Shown: positions 62,527 to 64,000 of the stretch, piece by piece
How the letters are laid out: each line of letters starts with the position of its first letter
Numbering within the stretch: position 1 is the stretch's first letter
Origin: Thermoanaerobaculia bacterium
GTDB lineage: Bacteria > Acidobacteriota > Thermoanaerobaculia > Multivoradales > JAHEKO01
Assembly: GCA_049678185.1 (NCBI GenBank)
Contig: JBAUDS010000025.1
Coordinates: 8,016 to 72,015, forward strand
DNA: 64,000 nt
Reading direction: 5' to 3'
The notes under the pieces: model-generated
The model's input: the letters and a program-made list of their open reading frames with translations, nothing else
Databases searched by the model: none
Told to the model about the DNA's origin: nothing
Made by a program: the position numbers and the translations under genes

Positions 62527-64000
62527 AGGCCGAAAAGCGCCAGGAGCTGATCATTCAGGCCGAGAAGCTCTTCAGCCGCGGCAAGCTGGAGGGTGCGCTC
62601 TCGCGCTACCGGAAGATCCTCAAGGCGCATCCCAACGACACCAGCACTCTCAAACGAGTGGGCGACGTGTTCGAGCGCCTGAACCGGGTAGACGAGGCCA
62701 TCACCCTTTACAAGAAGACCGCCCAGCACTTCACCAATGAAGGTTTCTACGCCAAGGCCATCGCGATCTACAAGAAGATCATCCGCCTCGACCCAACTCT
62801 GATCGAGGCCATCGAGAACCTGGCGGACCTCCAGCACCGGCAGGGCCTGACCAGGGAGGCCGTCAGCCAGTACGAGGTGGTCGCGGAATATTACCTCAAG
62901 CTCAGAGATCTCAACTCGGTCATCGAGATCCACAAGAAGATGGTCGAGTTGGAGCCGGGCGATCCCTCGCGTCGCCTGAAGCTCGCTGAGCTTCATCAGA
63001 AGCGTGGGCGATTGAAGGATGCCCTCGAGCAGTATCGGGCCATCTCCAAGATGATGCTCTCGAGCGGCCGGATCGGAGAGGCCAGCCGAGTCTGCTTGCG
63101 CGCTCTCGAGATCGACCCCAGCGATCTCAATTTTGTCGCCGGCGCCGTAGAGGATTTGAAATCCGCCGGCCATCCCGAGGAGGCCGATCGTCTCATCTCG
63201 GCCGCCATCGATTTGAACCCCGAGGCCAGAAACCTCCAAGCACGGATTGAAGAGGCCGCCGAAGAGGAGGACTTCGACCTGGAGTCCTTCATGGAGGGCG
63301 AAGAGCCGGCGGCGGCGGTGGCTGACACTGGCCCGCTGCCCGGATCGGAGTCGGCCGATGCGATCGAGGTTGCCATCGCGGCCGCAGCCGCCGAGGTTGA
63401 CGAAGCCTCGACGGCGCCGCCGGACACCGAGTCGGTCGAGGCAGGTATTGAGGATGCCTTGGATGTCCTATCCGCCGACGAAGTAGAGGAGTTGGCCGAC
63501 GCCGCGGTCGCGGTCACCGAGTCGCCCGTCGAAGAGGTCGAGATCGAGATTGATCTCGGGGACTTCGAGCAGGAGCCGATCAAGACACCTCCACCGGTGG
63601 CTCCGGCCGCCGCTCCCGAGACAGCGATGGCGATGGCCAGTGCCGAGCCGGCGACTCAGGTAGCCAATTCCCTTCCCATGAAGAGGGCGGTCCCCATTGT
63701 CGAGGCCGACCCCGAGCCCGGAGAGCGCCTTCGAGAGCTCCTCACCGAGGCCGACGTTCTCTCCCGCTACGGCCTGGACGACAAGGCGGTCGAGAAACTC
63801 GAGGAGCTGCTGGCCGAGGAGCCGGACAATCTCGAGGCCATGAGTCGGCTCATCACTCTCAAGCTCGAAGCCAAAGATCTTTCCGGGGTAACCGAGCTGG
63901 CCAACCAGCTGGTGACAGTGGCACAGGAGAAAGACGAGTCCGAGGCATGGCAAAGGGTGAGGGATCAGATTCTCGGCGAGGGATTCACCGTCGAGGATGG
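62523..64000 (+). CDS. TPR-repeat protein with acidic low-complexity centre; 3' end outside window (not in ORF track)
   Basis: My own translation starts at the GTG at 62523, which overlaps the rnhB stop, and has no stop codon through to 64000. It reads VKAEKRQELIIQAEKLFSRGKLEGALSRYRKILKAHPNDTSTL...YYLKLRDLNSVIEIHKKMVELEPGD... The centre is an E/A/D-rich region, and a second TPR-like region follows. Confidence 0.7.
   Translation, partial: MKAEKRQELIIQAEKLFSRGKLEGALSRYRKILKAHPNDTSTLKRVGDVFERLNRVDEAITLYKKTAQHFTNEGFYAKAIAIYKKIIRLDPTLIEAIENLADLQHRQGLTREAVSQYEVVAEYYLKLRDLNSVIEIHKKMVELEPGDPSRRLKLAELHQKRGRLKDALEQYRAISKMMLSSGRIGEASRVCLRALEIDPSDLNFVAGAVEDLKSAGHPEEADRLISAAIDLNPEARNLQARIEEAAEEEDFDLESFMEGEEPAAAVADTGPLPGSESADAIEVAIAAAAAEVDEASTAPPDTESVEAGIEDALDVLSADEVEELADAAVAVTESPVEEVEIEIDLGDFEQEPIKTPPPVAPAAAPETAMAMASAEPATQVANSLPMKRAVPIVEADPEPGERLRELLTEADVLSRYGLDDKAVEKLEELLAEEPDNLEAMSRLITLKLEAKDLSGVTELANQLVTVAQEKDESEAWQRVRDQILGEGFTVED

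Overview
About 64 kb of densely coding, high-GC bacterial chromosome (mid-60s % GC by eye, not computed). I call about 60 CDSs. Many neighbouring genes overlap by 4 nt (ATGA/GTGA), which suggests operons. I found no rRNA, tRNA, CRISPR array, transposase or integrase.

Housekeeping blocks:
- fabH (3' end) at the left edge.
- A minus-strand envelope operon: mlaE-mlaF-mlaD, UDP-glucuronate 4-epimerase, ugd, uxs, yggX and a TVP38-like gene.
- plsC, mrp, lpxH and aroA.
- thiL, lon, nrdR and an mglA-like gene (minus strand).
- hrcA-grpE-dnaK-dnaJ-prmA-rsmE.
- pilT, recX, alaS, a lytic transglycosylase, pgsA with an MMPL transporter, and pyk.
- ffh, then rpsP-KH-rimM-trmD-rplS-rnhB.

Accessory block, roughly 13.7-35.8 kb, where the interesting material sits:
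- A sigma-54 activator with a very large uncharacterised N-terminal region, coupled to an orphan ABC permease pair.
- A basic, histone-like protein with two HTH repeats, expressed from a near-consensus promoter as an apparently leaderless mRNA.
- An ECF sigma factor with no anti-sigma gene, followed by a 1520-aa Ser/Thr-kinase/STAND-NTPase/TM/WD40 protein and a TonB-dependent-receptor-like outer-membrane protein. A shared ECF-type bipartite motif precedes all three genes.
- Three different toxin-antitoxin cassettes (HigBA-like, HicAB, XRE/AbiEii-like). The first two are bracketed by a diverged duplicate of the last 15 codons of the outer-membrane gene, which looks like an insertion scar.
- An OmpA-like protein arranged divergently with a second kinase fused to a TolB-type propeller.

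Two real genes are missing from the ORF track: a 58-aa GTG-initiated hicA, and a TPR/acidic protein that runs off the right edge. Most long ORFs antisense to recognisable genes are high-GC shadow ORFs.

The gene content (kinase-propeller fusions, CarboxypepD_reg-type TonB receptors, STK-linked ECF, MglA) resembles Acidobacteriota-like diderm bacteria, but this is inference only. All homology calls come from motif recognition by eye, not from database searches.
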